NCBI GenBank assembly: GCA_039096225.1
Contig: JBBPEB010000027.1
Span: forward strand, 1 to 64,000
Direction of reading: 5' to 3'
DNA from: Blastocystis sp. Blastoise
Taxonomy: Eukaryota > Protista > Bigyra: Opalinata
Length of the DNA stretch: 64,000 nucleotides
Shown: positions 48,498 to 63,840 of the stretch, one piece after another
How the letters are laid out: every line of letters begins with the position of its first letter
How positions within the stretch are numbered: position 1 is the first letter of the stretch
Program-made: the position numbers and the translations under genes
The notes under the pieces: generated by a model
The model's input: only the letters and a program-made list of their open reading frames with translations
Told to the model about the DNA's origin: nothing
The model's database searches: none

Positions 48498-49447
48498 ATG
48501 TGGCGTAAACTCTTAGATAAAAGTGAGGTTTTATTGAAACCTACAAAGGCTAGAAGATATATTGCTATTTTATTATATATGGCATATCTTGGTGGTTGTG
48601 CATATTTAGAATATCACTTTCTTGATGCAACTAGACCTATTCGTGTATTTTTATTTATAATATTGGACTTATATGGATTAGGTTAAATATCCTCAAACTG
48701 TGATACCAACAAGATGTATGTATTATTTCACATGTTTATTCACTATTTAATTTCTATTCATTCTCTCTTAATGGAGAAATGACTTGATATTGATAAAAAA
48801 TTCTTTTTCATTCTCTAATTATGAATATTTCTTTCTAGGGTTTACATCAATTGCCTTATTTTTACGTATTTTGTCAGCAGCTATATGTTACGGAGGTCTT
48901 TTTCATGCTAGAGTATATATAAAATTATTTAAATGCTTTTATATTTTGTTTATAATATATATATTTTTTTATAATCAATATATATAGATAACTCCTTGGA
49001 CATTTGGATCTACTTTTTCAACAATTTCAACGATTTTAGTGATTTGCGCATGTTTAACGGATCTCACTTATTCTGTAGATGACAGTATATATATATATAT
49101 ATATAATATTTTGAACAGAGTATCTGTTTGTATATAATAATAATTTTGTATATAATATTTTGAACAGAGTATCTGTTTGTATAATAATAATTATATATAT
49201 AGTTTATAAAATAGTATCAGAAACTTTATTCTTAGAAATCATATTATATTGTGCTGGAATGGCTGTTATTGTTATTGTGTCTTATTATACACTTAGTATA
49301 TATATATTCTGATTTATTTAATTATATATATATACTTATAAAATTGTGTCTAGCTATATTATTATTATATATATAGCTACAATGGAAAGTCATAATGCAA
49401 AATTAGATCTCGACGATCCTCAAAAAGCATTTGCAACTCGTCTTCTT

Positions 49448-49479
<32 letters not shown>

Positions 49480-49611
49480 GTATTTATTATATTATATATA
49501 TATAATCTATTTAAATAACATAATATATATAACATATATAGTATCGTTAATGTTCTTCCTGGATTGGGATTTGCATCAAAACATATTATGAGAATGGCTA
49601 AAGCTGATTAA
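48498..49611 (+). CDS. Multi-pass membrane protein of unknown function (7 exons)
   Basis: In-frame exons across GT-AG introns with several hydrophobic helices; TAA at 49609-49611. Confidence 0.65.
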
Positions 49612-50155
49612 ATACATATATATATTCACTCAATTTTTTTTCAATTTTCATTCTCAATTTTTCATCTATAAATATTAATTATTTTCATCTATATACAATT
49701 CTTTATATAATTTTTTTTATTATATTATTTGTCGTTTTCTACAATCTCGTTTAAACAATATTCTTTCAAATAAATAGTTTATTGAAATACCATTCTATAC
49801 ATATTTTTATTATAAATTGTAAATATCATAATATTTCATCCTTTATTTTATTAAAAACAAAATTTTCATCATTTTTTAAAAACAACACAAACCTTTCAAC
49901 ATTTAAAACAAAATATATATAGACAAAACTATAAAAAAGCCATTAAAATATTATAAAAACAAATATACAACAAAACTATAAAAAAGCCACAAAAATATAT
50001 TATAAACAAATATACAACAAAACTATAAAAAAGCCATTAAATTATTATAAAAACATCAAATAAACTTATGAATATATTAATAGAACAAATCAAAGACAAA
50101 ATGAAATATATTACAAAACAAATTAATTATATCTTAAAAAAGCAAAAAAATATAT

Positions 50156-51315
50156 TTAAGAAGAATAAGAATTATTATATGTATTATCTTGTGGAATAGA
50201 AGGATTGACAGGAGGTCGACGAGCAGTTTTTTGAGAGGGATTTGAAGGGGGATTTGTAACGGCTAAAGAAGGATTTGAGGGATCTGTAGAAGTAGATGAA
50301 GGAGGATAATTATAATTATAATTATAATCATAAGAGGAAGAAGGAGGAAGATTTGAAGCACGTGAATCGTTTGGAGGATAAGCTGCGTCATAATAAGGAT
50401 CAGGTGCATGTGCGTCATACGATTGATAATAAGGATCTGATTCAGGTGCGTCATAATAATAAGATGATGAAGGAGGATATTGTGAGGGATTTTGAGGATC
50501 TATAGAAGTATCTTGTGGGGGATATTTATAATCTATATCATAAGCATTATTTTGAGTATTTGATGTAGAATAATAATCATTATTTGGATAATAAGGAGTA
50601 GAAGTAGATGAAGTAGGTAATCCATCATTTATAGTTTTATTATTAGTAGTATTAGTATCTGTCGTTGTATCTATAGTTGAAGTAGAAGGAGGATATGCAT
50701 AAGGATCATAAGAATTATAACTATAGGGATCCGTAGAATCCGCGGGAATTGATGAAGATGGAGGGTAAGGTTGGCGGGAATAAGGAGCAGAATCATTATA
50801 ACGATCTTCTCGATTACTTGGATAATCCTGGGAATAATAAGGATCATCATAAGGAGGATAATATGGATAATCTCGAGAAGGAGCTCCATAGGAATAATAA
50901 GAAGAGGAAGAAGAAGAAGGAGCAGGAGGATAATATTCACGACGACGAGGATAATCGCGGGAATATGGTCTGGAGAGTTTAGGCGTAACACGATGTTCAC
51001 GAGGACGAGCACGGTATGAAGAACTACTATAGAGGAATATATATATATATATATTTATTTATTGTTTATTTATAGTTATATATTATATTTGTTTTAATTA
51101 TATATTATATTATATTTATATAAATTTATATATATATAATTATTATAAATAAATAAATAAATATCTATATACATTTCTCTAGTATTTGACTTAGTAATTG
51201 CAATAGATACCATGAGATGTTCACCTTCAATCACATTATCTGCTTCTACGGCTTTCTTTGCGTCATCTTCAGAAGTGAAATTGACGAACGCTATGTCACC
51301 ACGACTACCATCAGG

Positions 51316-51368
<53 letters not shown>

Positions 51369-52565
51369 TTAATAATGATTTTAATTATTTCTTAACCTTA
51401 ATAGAGCAATATATAGAATACTATTATATACTTTATAAAAGAAAACATTTTCAACTTTTCCATATTGTGAGAAATGATTCATTAGTTTTTCTTCTGTTAA
51501 AAATTTTGGGCATTTCTTTATAAATACTCTTGTATTCTATATATATATATTTTTTGAAAGGATTTTATATAATTTTTGAATTATATATATATATCTAGAA
51601 TATAAATATTTCCTTTTTATCAGAATTGGGTACATGAATAATAAAAAAAATATTTATATATATAATAATAATAATAATAAAAAATCATGATTTTTTTCTT
51701 TAAAAATAATGAATGTAAAAAAATGTAGATAAAATAATGTAAAAAAAAATAATTAAATAAAATAATGGAAAAAGAATTGAATAAATTGTTTGTAGTTTCT
51801 AAAATCTTTCATAGTTCAAGAAAAGTAGAATCATATATTCATTCTTAAAAAAGATATATTCTCATCAATTTATTTATTTTTACATCATTGATTTTTAGTA
51901 AAAAAAAAAATGAAAAAGGCGATCTGATTGATAATAAAAAATAAAAAATAAAAAGACATTCACATAATCTCTTGTTCCTTCATGTTACTCATATTTATGA
52001 ACGTTAAAAATATAGATATATATATAATTTAAAATGATGAATAGTATAGTTATCGAATAGTAATATATATATATAAATTACATACAACTTCTTGAATTCT
52101 CTTTACAGGTTCAGGTCTATATCCTTTCTTTCTATATATATATATATAATATAATATAATATATTATTATTTAATATTATTAATTAACAAAAACATTAAA
52201 AAGCAATAAACTTATATACTCCCGCTTTTTAGCATTTTGTACAATAAGATGAACACCATCTATGGAGTGACTTGCTATAGATAAAGCTTTTTCAATTATT
52301 CCAGTATCTTTATATTTCACAAAAGCATAAGTGGTGCTCCTTGTAGGTGCTTTGTCATGTTTTACATATCTGTATATGAATAAAAAATAACAAAAATGGA
52401 ACAAATATGTTATTTGCATAAAAACATATAAATATAAAAACGTTACATATCTTCAATCTCACCAAATTGAGAAAAATATTTTTGTAAAGGAGCATTATCC
52501 CAAGAATCGGGATAATCAGTAATAAAAAGAGTTGTTGGATCGTCTTCTTTTGTTAACGAGTACAT
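50156..52565 (-). CDS. RNA-binding protein: two RRMs plus Tyr/Pro/Ser-rich low-complexity tail
   Basis: RRM1 TLFITDYP..LQKYFSQFGEI..YAFVKY; RRM2 RVFIKKCP..HFSQYGKV..IAFVNF; PYYDAP repeats. Confidence 0.8.
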
Positions 52566-53081
52566 GGTTCAAAAATAATTAATTTAAATAAAATAAAAAA
52601 ATTGAGTAGTGTCAACTATAAACAGAGAACTCTTTATTTTTTGAAAATGAGTTTTTTATTTATTTTTTTTTTTTTTTTTTTTTTTGACAAATAAGAATCG
52701 AGTCAATTTTATATTTATATATAGAAAATATATATATTTTTTCAAATACATATAGAGAATTCTGTTTTTCTAACACAAAATATTATTTTTGCTTTTTGTG
52801 TATCCCATCAGTTATATCGATATAAACCGCGATTATTTGTGAATAAAACCTATACTATTTTAGGTCATTAGTGTCTTCTAAAATATGAAGATAGTAAATA
52901 ATCATGAAAGAAACGTATTTTTTTTATCGGTTTGGTACCTTTTTATTGTATTTTGGCGGACAATTATTTGAAAACGTATTATTCCTTTATCTTGTTCTTC
53001 ATTTATATTGATTCTCTCTTATATGATATTCACGATTGCTCAATTTGAGAAATAAAGGCTATTCGATAAAAAATTAAGCAG

Positions 53082-56000
53082 ATGAGTATAAATATTGCAG
53101 ATCCAATAAAGCGAAAAAGTCCTATTTTTGTATATATACTATGTAGACATAGCGAATGTAATGATATATATATTTAAAGCCTTCATCTCTTGTTCCCTTA
53201 ATACAAATTCTTAATAAATCAAAAAATTCAGATATTAAACGATTTGTTGATGTATTTTGTTATTTTATTGTGTTTGTTATATGTATAATATTTATTATTT
53301 ATATTATTTATATTATATATAGTATATTATATATATTATTGTTTTTATTTTTTATTTTTTATTTATAAATATATCATTTTCATAGTTTTGTTATATAATT
53401 ATATAGAGTTTTCTGAAGAGATATGAGAAAGATATTGAAAATCGGAAAAGAATTCATTTACTTTTATTCAAATTATTATATACATATTCTTATCAATCAA
53501 AAGAACAAAATAAGGGTTTGAGTGTTTCTCTGGAATATTTCTTATGTTTATTAAATGATGTCGATTTACAAGGTGTATTAAGTATATTTATATATTATTT
53601 TTATTATTATTTGTATTATTTTGTTTATTATATATGTTATTTTAGTTTGTTATTATTATATATTATTATATATATTTATTATTATTTATATTATACAAAA
53701 TATATTATTATTTAATATAATTAATATATATATATAGATTTAGAGGGAACATGTATTTCGTTTCATCCGTTTCTCTTTAAAAATAATTCATTTTCATGTT
53801 TGCCTTCTTTATGGTTTAAACAAATTAAATATTTAAATATTTCAAATACTATGGTTTCTGATAAAGGTAAAAGAATCATATTTCTATTTTATATTCATTA
53901 TTTATTATATATATATTTAGAAATCCCTTTATTAAGTGATTTATTTCCTAATTTACGGTATTTATCTCTTGATCATTGTGATTATATAACAGATCAGGGA
54001 TTAATGAAATTAAATAATGTATATATTATTATTTATTATTATTTTTTTTATATAAATAATAAGTATTCTATTGTTGTTCTTAAAAAATATATATTTTCAC
54101 TCTATATATATAATGTATATATTTATCTGAATTTATTATGTATAGTTACCAAAACTAAATTACTTATCAGTTCAATTACCTTTTTCAAATGCTACTACCG
54201 TAAGGAAATGGATAAATAACTTTCCTACCCTTCACAGTCTTGTTCTTCCTCCTCTTCTTTATGAACACTTTCAAACGATTTATGAATATTATAAATCAAT
54301 TCGATATAGTGTAGAATTAAATCCTTTTGAATTAAATAAAATGAATATGGAAGAACTAAAAAAACAACGAAAATTACATAAAGTAAAAATTTTTTTCTTT
54401 TTTATATATATATTTTTATCTTTTATATATGTATATATATATTTTATTATATTATGATAAAAAACTATTTTTCTGTCAATTAAATATATTTATATAGTTA
54501 GGTACACAATACAAGAAAGTAACGCATCGTTCGGAGTTATTAATGAGTTTGCAGGAGTTACTCCAATTATATTATCAAGATATAGCTGTTATTTATATAT
54601 TATATCCTTCAATTGAAACTCCTTTATATATAGAACCCTATATTGTTGATCATCCTCTTCCTCTTATTCCTCATTCTCTATTAACTTCTATTGATATTCA
54701 TAATAATTATAGAAATAACCGTGAATATGATTCGTTAAATAAAAACAATTATTCTACTAGTAGTCCTATAGTGAATGAAAAATATATGAATATGAATATG
54801 AATATGATTAATATGAATAATATGAATATGAATATGAATAATATGAATATGAATATTAATATGAATAATATGAATATGAATAATATGAATATGAATATGA
54901 ATAATGTTATTAATATGAATATGAATAAAATGAATAATAACATAAAAATGAATACTATAAATAATAATATAAATAATAATATGAATAATAACATAAATAA
55001 TAATATAAACAATAGCACCATTTCTAATAAAAATTCACAAGGTGTTCCCATTACAAATTCATTATCTTCGGATCTTCATTCTTCATCTCATTCTAATAAC
55101 ACTATAAACAAAGATATAATGTCCATTCATGAAATAGTATCTACTCAAACAGTTACACTTCCTAAAGTTATTCATAATCCCAAAGATTTTTACAATAAAT
55201 ATATCACTATAATGAATAGTATTAAAAATCGTTTCTTTTTAACTCAAAAAGATATTTCCGTATTTATTAAGAATAATATTCAATTAGTTCCTCTCTCTAA
55301 GGATTCTAAAGATATAAATACATTATCTTCTCTTCCTATTTCAACTTCTCCTTCTCTTCCTATTTCTTCATCTCCTTCTCTTCTTATTTCTTTTTCATCT
55401 CCTTCTAAAAAACAATCAGATATCATTCAAACCATGTCAAAACAAGAGGATTCTACAATTATTTCTAATAATACTCTTCATACGTCTATATCTCCTATTC
55501 ATTCTATAATTGCTCCTAATACTACATCTACTATTACTCCTAATATAGACAATGCTATAGATAATCAATCTATAATAAATATTCCAGAATATTCCATATA
55601 TACAGCGTCTCCTACAGTTACTAACAATATAAATAATAATACTATTCAACATTCTATAATAACGGATTCAAACTTTATAACTCCAAATAAAAATACAAAA
55701 CCATCGTCGACTAATAATTCTATTCCTATGAATATATGTACGTCTAGTTCTACAATGGATATACCATCATCATCTTTATCATCTTCATGTCTTTTAAATA
55801 CTTCTATAACTATATCCCCAAATGAACGACATATTGAGCCGTCTTCTTATAACAGATCCACTCCTGTACAAACAATCGCATCTTTATCTCCTCCTTCAAT
55901 TCTCTCTCCTTATATATATAATCCTATTTCTCTCCCTCAAACACTGGAACAAGAAGACTATAATGAATATAAAAGTAACAATAATGATTCTTTTAATATC

Positions 56001-56932
56001 TTTTCTTCATTTCCTATTCATGATAACTCTATAATAGATATTAATAATCATAATTCAAATAATTCTATCGTTTCTATTCCTCAATATACATCCATTACTA
56101 TTAACTCAACAAATAATGTATCTAATTATATTAATATTTCAGATAATAATAATATATCAGATAATAATAATGTATTTAATAATAATAAATTAGATAATAA
56201 TAATGTATCTAATAATAATAATATATCTAATAATAATAATGTATCTAATAATAATAATATTTCGGATAATAATAATGTATCTAATAATAATAATATTTCA
56301 AATAATAATAATATTTCAAATAATAATAATATCACAAATAATAATAATGTATCTAATAATAATAATGTATCTACTCATAATAATAATATCTCAAATAATA
56401 TCTCTACTTCTTCTTCACCCAAGAAACCAATTATCTATCAATCTCTTCATCAATCAAAGCAAATAATTCATAAAAACAGTGTATCTCCTTCTTCATATAT
56501 CTATTCTCCTCATCATTATACTACAAAAACGAAATCTGCAAATCCCCTTGATTATATATCTACATCAAAGAAATCTACTGTGAATGATGCAGAACAACTC
56601 TTATCATTAATTACAAATCCTTTATATAAAAATTATAAACCAAATTCATTATATTCAAAAACATCTATTCAATCCTCTTCACAAGTCTCTCCACATATTC
56701 CTTCTTCTCCTTCTCCTATTGTCTCTCCTATAAAACGTAAAATAGATGAAAATCCTCTGTCAACAATTTCATTAACTAAAAGTATATATATTCTTATTCT
56801 ATGGTTATAATAATAATTATTATTTTTTTGCATAAAATATCTATTTATATAGGTGATGCAACCTCTTTATCACCATTAACTTCAAAACGACAAAAACTAT
56901 TAAATAAAATTATGAAACCTAGTCAAACATAA
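53082..56932 (+). CDS. Leucine-rich repeat (FBXL/AMN1-type) protein with long Asn/Ser low-complexity region
   Basis: IKYLNISNTMVSD and FPNLRYLSLDHCDYITDQGLMKL, spliced into the 755-aa N-rich ORF; 5' end tentative. Confidence 0.65.
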
Positions 56933-57444
56933 CTCTTTTTAGTATATTGTTTTTTTTTTCATATTTTTTTTAATACATACAAATACAAGAAATAAAAATT
57001 TGAATACAAAAAAATATAATTAATATTATTTAACATAAAAACCAAGATATCCACAAACAAAATCAGAATTGATTCTTCAAATTCATTTTTATTTACTATT
57101 CCAAAATCATACTATCCTCCACATATCAAATACAGACTTAGAAGATCATTTCTGTATATATATTCACATAAAACAAACAATAAATCATTTTTCATTACTA
57201 GAAAAATAAAAAAAAATAATAAATTTTTCCCACAATTATTTCCAGAGAAATTGAGTGCAAGTGTCGTTCTTTATTACCTATGAATAACCCACATTTTCTC
57301 AGGTTTACCCATAGTTTGACTGTATAAAGAATATTATTTTCTAGTATTGCAATCACCTTTTAGAAATTATCAAGATTATTGATGATTTTTTAAAAGAAAA
57401 AGAAAAAGAATAAATATTTTATACTTACTTTTTACTTTACGATC

Positions 57445-58297
57445 ATGACTGAAACTGCTGAAATCGCTCCTAACTGTGAAACTGTTCAAGATAATCTTTT
57501 AAAGCTTCCTAACATTAAACTTGCTGAAGTTTCTCAAGAAGAAGTTGATGATGAAGAAATTCTTTATCATACTCGTTGCAAGTTATATATTTTCTTTGCT
57601 GAAGATAAATATGGTGATGAAGTTCGTAAAAATATTTGGAAAGAAAGAGGAACTGGTGATATCAGAATTCTTCAACATAAAGAAACTCATAAATGTCGTG
57701 TTTGTTTAAATCAAGAAAAAACATTCAAAAATGTTCTTAATTTCTTAGTTGATCCTCGTACTAGACTTACTCCTAATTGTGGTAGTGACCGTTCTTGGTG
57801 TTTTGCTGCTAATGATTTCTCTGATGGTGAAATTAAACCTCTTTCTTTTGCTATCAAAGTTCATGATGCTGATACTGCTAAAGAATATAAGAAATATTTC
57901 TATGAAGCTTGTGTTATTAATGCTAAGTATATATTTTTATTTTTATTTATAAATGATTTATATTTGTTTTTATATATAGGCTTTATGGTGTTGAAGTTGA
58001 TATATCTAAAGATGAATTACCTGAAGTATTTATTATTATATTTATTATGTTTATTATATTTGTTTTGTTAATTATTATGTTTATTATGTTAATTATTATA
58101 TTTATTATATTTATTATGTTTATTATGTTAATTATTATATTTATTATGTTTATTATATTTATTATGTTTATTATTATTATAAATAGGGTTTTGATGTAGA
58201 AAAACTTGATCTTAAGGTAGTTGAAAAGAAAGAAGAAGAAGAAAAGAAGGAAGAAGAAGAGAAAAAGGAAGAACCTGCTGAAGTTGCTCAAGAATAA
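57445..58297 (+). CDS. RANBP1: Ran-binding protein 1 (RanBD)
   Basis: EEILYHTRCKLY..WKERGTGDIRILQHKET..CGSDRSWC..DFSDGE..FAIK. Confidence 0.92.
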
Positions 58298-58564
58298 ATT
58301 GTTTCTTAATATATATATATATATATATATAATTTTCATTTTATATTGTTAATCTTTGTGTCTATTTTTATTATAGTTTAGTTAAAATTGATTTTTAATC
58401 ACTTTTTTTTTATTGATCAACAAAAAATAGTAGTAAACGAAACTATATTGTTAATAAATACTTTTTATTTTACATTTGGTTTTTCATAAATTAAAAAATA
58501 ATAATTCTTTTTTTTTTATTAATTCATAAATAGCAAAATATATATATGTTAACTAGAGTAATAA

Positions 58565-60942
58565 TCATATAGTTCCTTCTTTTTTTGCAATATTATATAA
58601 GAGTGTATGCAAGAATCCTTTCAAATTATCCTACAAAAGAATATATATATAAATATATATAAATATATATATATATATTATATATATACAAAGAAAATAT
58701 GTCTCATTTCCTTATTATTTGTAATCTCTTCTAGAAGCTATAGATAATATTATTATTATGTTTATTATTATTATGTTATAATAATTATTATGTTTATTTT
58801 GTTTTTTATTATTATTATGTTACAATTATTATTACATACTAGTTTTTTCTTTGTATTATATTGAAAGTCTGATATATATACACTAGAATTCATTTTATCC
58901 AAGGAAATTGATGTTTTTGATCTTTTTATTTCCTATATAAATATAATATATATAATAATAATAAACATAATAAAAATAAATGGAATAAACTAATAATATA
59001 AATTAAACTATATATAATAATAATACTTGTCTTTCCGATAAAAATAAATCATTTTCTTTTTTCATATGAGATGTTGATGAATATAAAACTGCTATATAAT
59101 AATAATTATTATTATTATTAACATAATAATAAATTATTTATAAATAATTCATAAACAATATATAATCAATAAATAATTCATAAACAATATATATATATAT
59201 ATATATAATAATTATTAATATAATAAATAATATACCTCTATTTTTGTTTTTTGTTTGTATATATAGATCTCTAGCTACAGCTACTGTTTGTTCTAGAATG
59301 AGGTCTAATCGACTCTTCTCTTCATCCCCTACTCCTCTTCTTATATATATACAGGCTACTTGATATGGACTCAAATTATATTCTAACGATAACTGTAATA
59401 ATATACCACTTATTCTCATATATATTAAACATATTTTTCGTATTCCTAAATTTGTATATAACATATAACTATCATTATCTACATTTATATTACGTATATA
59501 TCTATATAGTATATATTATATTATAGTATATATTATATATTATATTATATATTATATATATATTATATATATTATATATTAACAACTATATATTCTTGAC
59601 ATTCCGGAGTCCAGGGTTGTTTTACCTATAGAACAATATATATATATAGAATAGTATATAACATAGAATAGTATATATAATAACTATATATATATACTTG
59701 AGGCCAGTCAAGCCAACACCACGAGTATTCTGATATTTCAGGCCTATCCGGCAAGCTATATCCATGATCCACGGGAATAAATGAAAAATGACCTGAATAA
59801 TCATCATCTGTTAAAAGTATATTTGCATCATTTCGATCTGTATTTAATATATATATATCTAATAAACATATCTTTTGAACTTCTTGAATAGAGAATTTGG
59901 ATGGCCCCCAATTACCCGCAATGTCCCGCGAATCTACGAACATTTGTAGCGACCCTAATTTCGGTGATGGATTATCATTTAAAAAGGAAAAAGAGGGATG
60001 AAATATTCTTGCAGGTAGTGTTGGAGGTACACGAAAAAATCCACTTCGATCCAATAAATAAGCAGCTATCTATATATATAATATAATATATATATATAAA
60101 TATATATATATATAATTATATATATATATATATATAAACCTCTCGTTTATATCCTTCTCCTGAGTGAATTCCCTGACGAAACCCGACACAACCCCCTGTA
60201 CCCTCAAATCCTCCTTTATATATATATAATAATAATAATAAACAAAATAATAATAATAAACAAAATAAATAGAATAATAATAATAATAATATATATATAT
60301 ACTTGGATTATTCACTTCATAAGGTTCTTCATCGAATGGTTTAAAACACAATCGTTTCTTACGATAACGATCTCTTAAGAAATAAGTACCTCCAGAACCA
60401 TCAAGGGCTAATTCGGGATGCAATCCTTGAGTAAATCCTATTCGACAAGCAGTTAAAGCTTCTTGAAACTCCTTTATATATATATATATATATATAATAA
60501 AAACTAATAAATATATAAACACGACATTCTAATTATAAAATGAATATATATATATAATATATACAGGTGGTACATAAGAACATCCATGCAAAGATATAAA
60601 CGGTATAGATTCATCAATTTGATCCATAATTTGATATGTAATTGACATTTCATTCTCTTTTAAAATACCATCAACAGAATTACTCATTAACAGTAATTCA
60701 AATATAGGTATTTTTGAAGAAGAAAGTACAGTTCCATCATAAAATAAATTGATTTGTTCTTCAGAATATCCAGAAATATGTTCAATCTCATGAAGTAAAT
60801 CTTTCACATAAGTATTTAATCCCATTGTTATACAAGAAGGTAAACTATTTGTAGGATTTGTCTTCTTTTTGTCACATGGAGCTTCTATTAATCTGATATA
60901 TATCTTTTTTGTCGATGGTTTCTGAATTAAACAAGTATCCAT
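58565..60942 (-). CDS. Type II phosphatidylinositol 4-kinase (PI4K-gamma-like) with N-terminal ubiquitin-like domain
   Basis: DGSGGTYFL, FKPFDEEP, REIAAYLLD, VPPT, GSLQMFV, NTDRNDANIL, PVDHGYSLP and WLDWPQ. Confidence 0.9.
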
Positions 60943-61707
60943 CGATAAAAAATATAACAATTAGAAGAACTCAAAATAATTCTGTTACTTATGTATCAAA
61001 TCAATGAAAAGAACCAATATTGTAATATTAAAATACCTTTCGGATCAAAGAGATAATTATACAAAGAGATATACGAAATTTTGGAATTATAAAAAAACAA
61101 ATTCGTTTTTTTTCTTTGTTGTTCTTTCAAGGAAAATCACTTTTTTAATTAGACGAATCAATCGTCATTCTTCGATACATTATTGAGGATATATTCGATT
61201 GTTTGTATTTCTAATTATATTATTCTATTTAGAAAAATATAGAGCATCTCCTTTTTGTTTATCTATAATTTTCCTTTAAATTCAATTTTTTAAAATAATG
61301 ATTAACAAATTAAGAACATGATTAACAAATTCGTGAGAGAATAAAGTAAAAATGATAATAATGCTATTAATAATTTAAAGAGAAGATAAAGATAACATTG
61401 AATACATATATTCATTCGGTTGTTAATTGCTTTCGATATTTTTTTTAATAATTAATAATAAAGGGAATTATATTTAAAAGACTTACAATAATAGCTATGC
61501 TCTATTTATTAATCATAGAAAATATATATAAAGAAGAATTTTGAATATGTATTATCAAAATATACTATTGATTATTATAAAAATAATATTCTTCGATATT
61601 AATTTATTTTTCTTCTTTTTTATATGCAAATCGTGTAAATCTATAAATGATAACATTATATAATCATATTCTTTTATTATTTATAAAAAACAAAGAGCAT
61701 GAGAAAT

Positions 61708-63840
61708 CTACAATTAACGCGTTTTTGTCTCGATTATGACGCGTTTTTGGTATAACTTTTTTTCACTATTTTAAGGCAACATATGGTTATATAATGTTAA
61801 ATATTTTATGTATACTTTCTACAGAGTTCACCACTCTTATTGTACTTAAATATAACGAAGAACATCTTTGATGTCTTTTGTTGAATTCTTAATGTTATAA
61901 TTTTTATTGTTTATAAAACATTTTTCGTGCTTAAAAAGATAAATAAAATAATAAAAATAAGAAATCTGAAACATAGATTTATTAGAAAAGAATGATAACT
62001 CATAATGTTGTTAAGATTGACAATTTCTTACATATTAGAATTGATAGAAAAAATTCATTGATGCTAAAATGATGTTATATAAAGAAAAAAGGAGTTTTAA
62101 TGATGTTTTCTAATACATGATTGCATTGATTATTTTCCATTTTAAGCGATTTGCTTTCTTCTGTATATCTTAACAGCTTAATAATATATGTTATATAATA
62201 GTGGCATTAAAAATAAATGATAAAAATAATTATAGAAAGAAAAATAACATAAACCATTTTTTAATAGTAAAATCTAGTTGATCATGTAATAAATGGTCAA
62301 AATGAGAAGTTGAAGATAAATAAATAGCTGTATCTTATTGAAATAGTATTCTAATTTATTTTCATGATATTAAAAATGTAAAATATCTATTTAAGAAAAA
62401 TATTGTTATAGAACTTATATAGGTATATATATAATAGTATATGTATATATCAGAATTAATTTTTGAAATATATATATATAAATATGTATAAATTGTGAAC
62501 TTCTGAATTATAATAAACAATAAAAAATAATTACAAATACTTTTTCTATCTTATATGGTAAATATATGGTTTCTATATATAAAAGAAATTAGTGTCACAC
62601 TTTTATACTTATAACATAATAAGAAAAAAATTTTAATGTTATTTTTCTATTATTTAAATAAAATCAAGTTAATAATTATTCTAAAGATGCTTATATATTT
62701 ATTACAAGTGAAATTGATTATAAAAATGATCTTTTATTTAAAAGAACGTTAAAAAATATTTTAAATATTTATTACTTATTATATTTATTTGTTTTTATTT
62801 TAGTTGTTATAGGTGCCAGTTTTTATCTTTATAATTCACATTTATGTTCACAATTCATTAAATACATATCTTTAAATATAAAAATTCTTATGATATTATT
62901 TAATATATTGAAATAATAGTTATTTAAAGAAATAATTTTTATTTTATAATTTATTTTATTTATTACTATTATATTAATACATATCACGTAGTACTATTTA
63001 CATAATTTATTAAAGTGTGAGAGAATAAACAAAAATAAAAAAACGGGAAAGCAAAATTAAACATATTTCGTACTTGTATACTAATCAATGTTTTATATAT
63101 AGAACATTTCATAGATATTTCTTTTTTTAAATTAAATACCGTCACCAAAACATAATACTGAGTTATAAATATATTTATATGTCTTATATACGTAGTTTAT
63201 GAGTTTGCTAATGTTTTTAAGCCATAAAAAGCAAAATTACTAATAGAATTGTAATACAACATTTTTATAAAATATTTAGTAGTAATTTCTTTATTAGAGT
63301 CTATACATGAAATGACACTTTTAAAACACCTATTCTTGTTTAATTCATTATCAGGTAAGCATAATAAGTAAAATGATATATATATTCTGAATATTGAATG
63401 CTTTTCTAAGCAAATTTACTAGTTAATCGTGTTTGTAATAATGTTTAACTTTACATAGAAAAGACTTTATTTATATATACAGTTAGATATTATGACAAAA
63501 TAATCAAATTAAATAAGCTAGATATGTAAAATAAGCTACATAAGGCAACAATTGCTACATTTATTGTGTTAAAGAAGCTTAAAAGTCACTTCTAACTATC
63601 CAACAAATAATTTAATATTGACTAAAATACGATTGGCATAGTATATTTATAAATTAATGTGTCTGGTCGATAATCATTATGTCTTATTAATATCAAAAAT
63701 AGTAAATATTTCCTATATAATGGCTTTATTAAAAGAAATGCTATATATCTTAAGAGAAAACCTTCTTTATGAGAAGATATATAAAAAATAAAAATAACCA
63801 AAAACGCGTCATAATCGAGACAAAAACGCGTTAATTGTAG
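61708..63840. mobile_element. Non-autonomous DNA transposon, 2133 bp, 44-bp TIRs, 4-bp TSD
   Basis: CTACAATTAACGCGTTTTTGTCTCGATTATGACGCGTTTTTGGT at 61708-61751 and its exact reverse complement at 63797-63840. AAAT flanks both ends; no ORF of 60 aa or more inside. Confidence 0.9.

Noticed and set aside
50296-51019. Plus-strand charged ORFs opposite the RRM gene
   Set aside because: Antisense to the Pro/Tyr/Ser-rich last exon.
57131-57400. U3 snoRNA box A-like GATCATTTCTGTA
   Set aside because: No convincing C', B, C and D boxes or terminal stem at suitable spacing.
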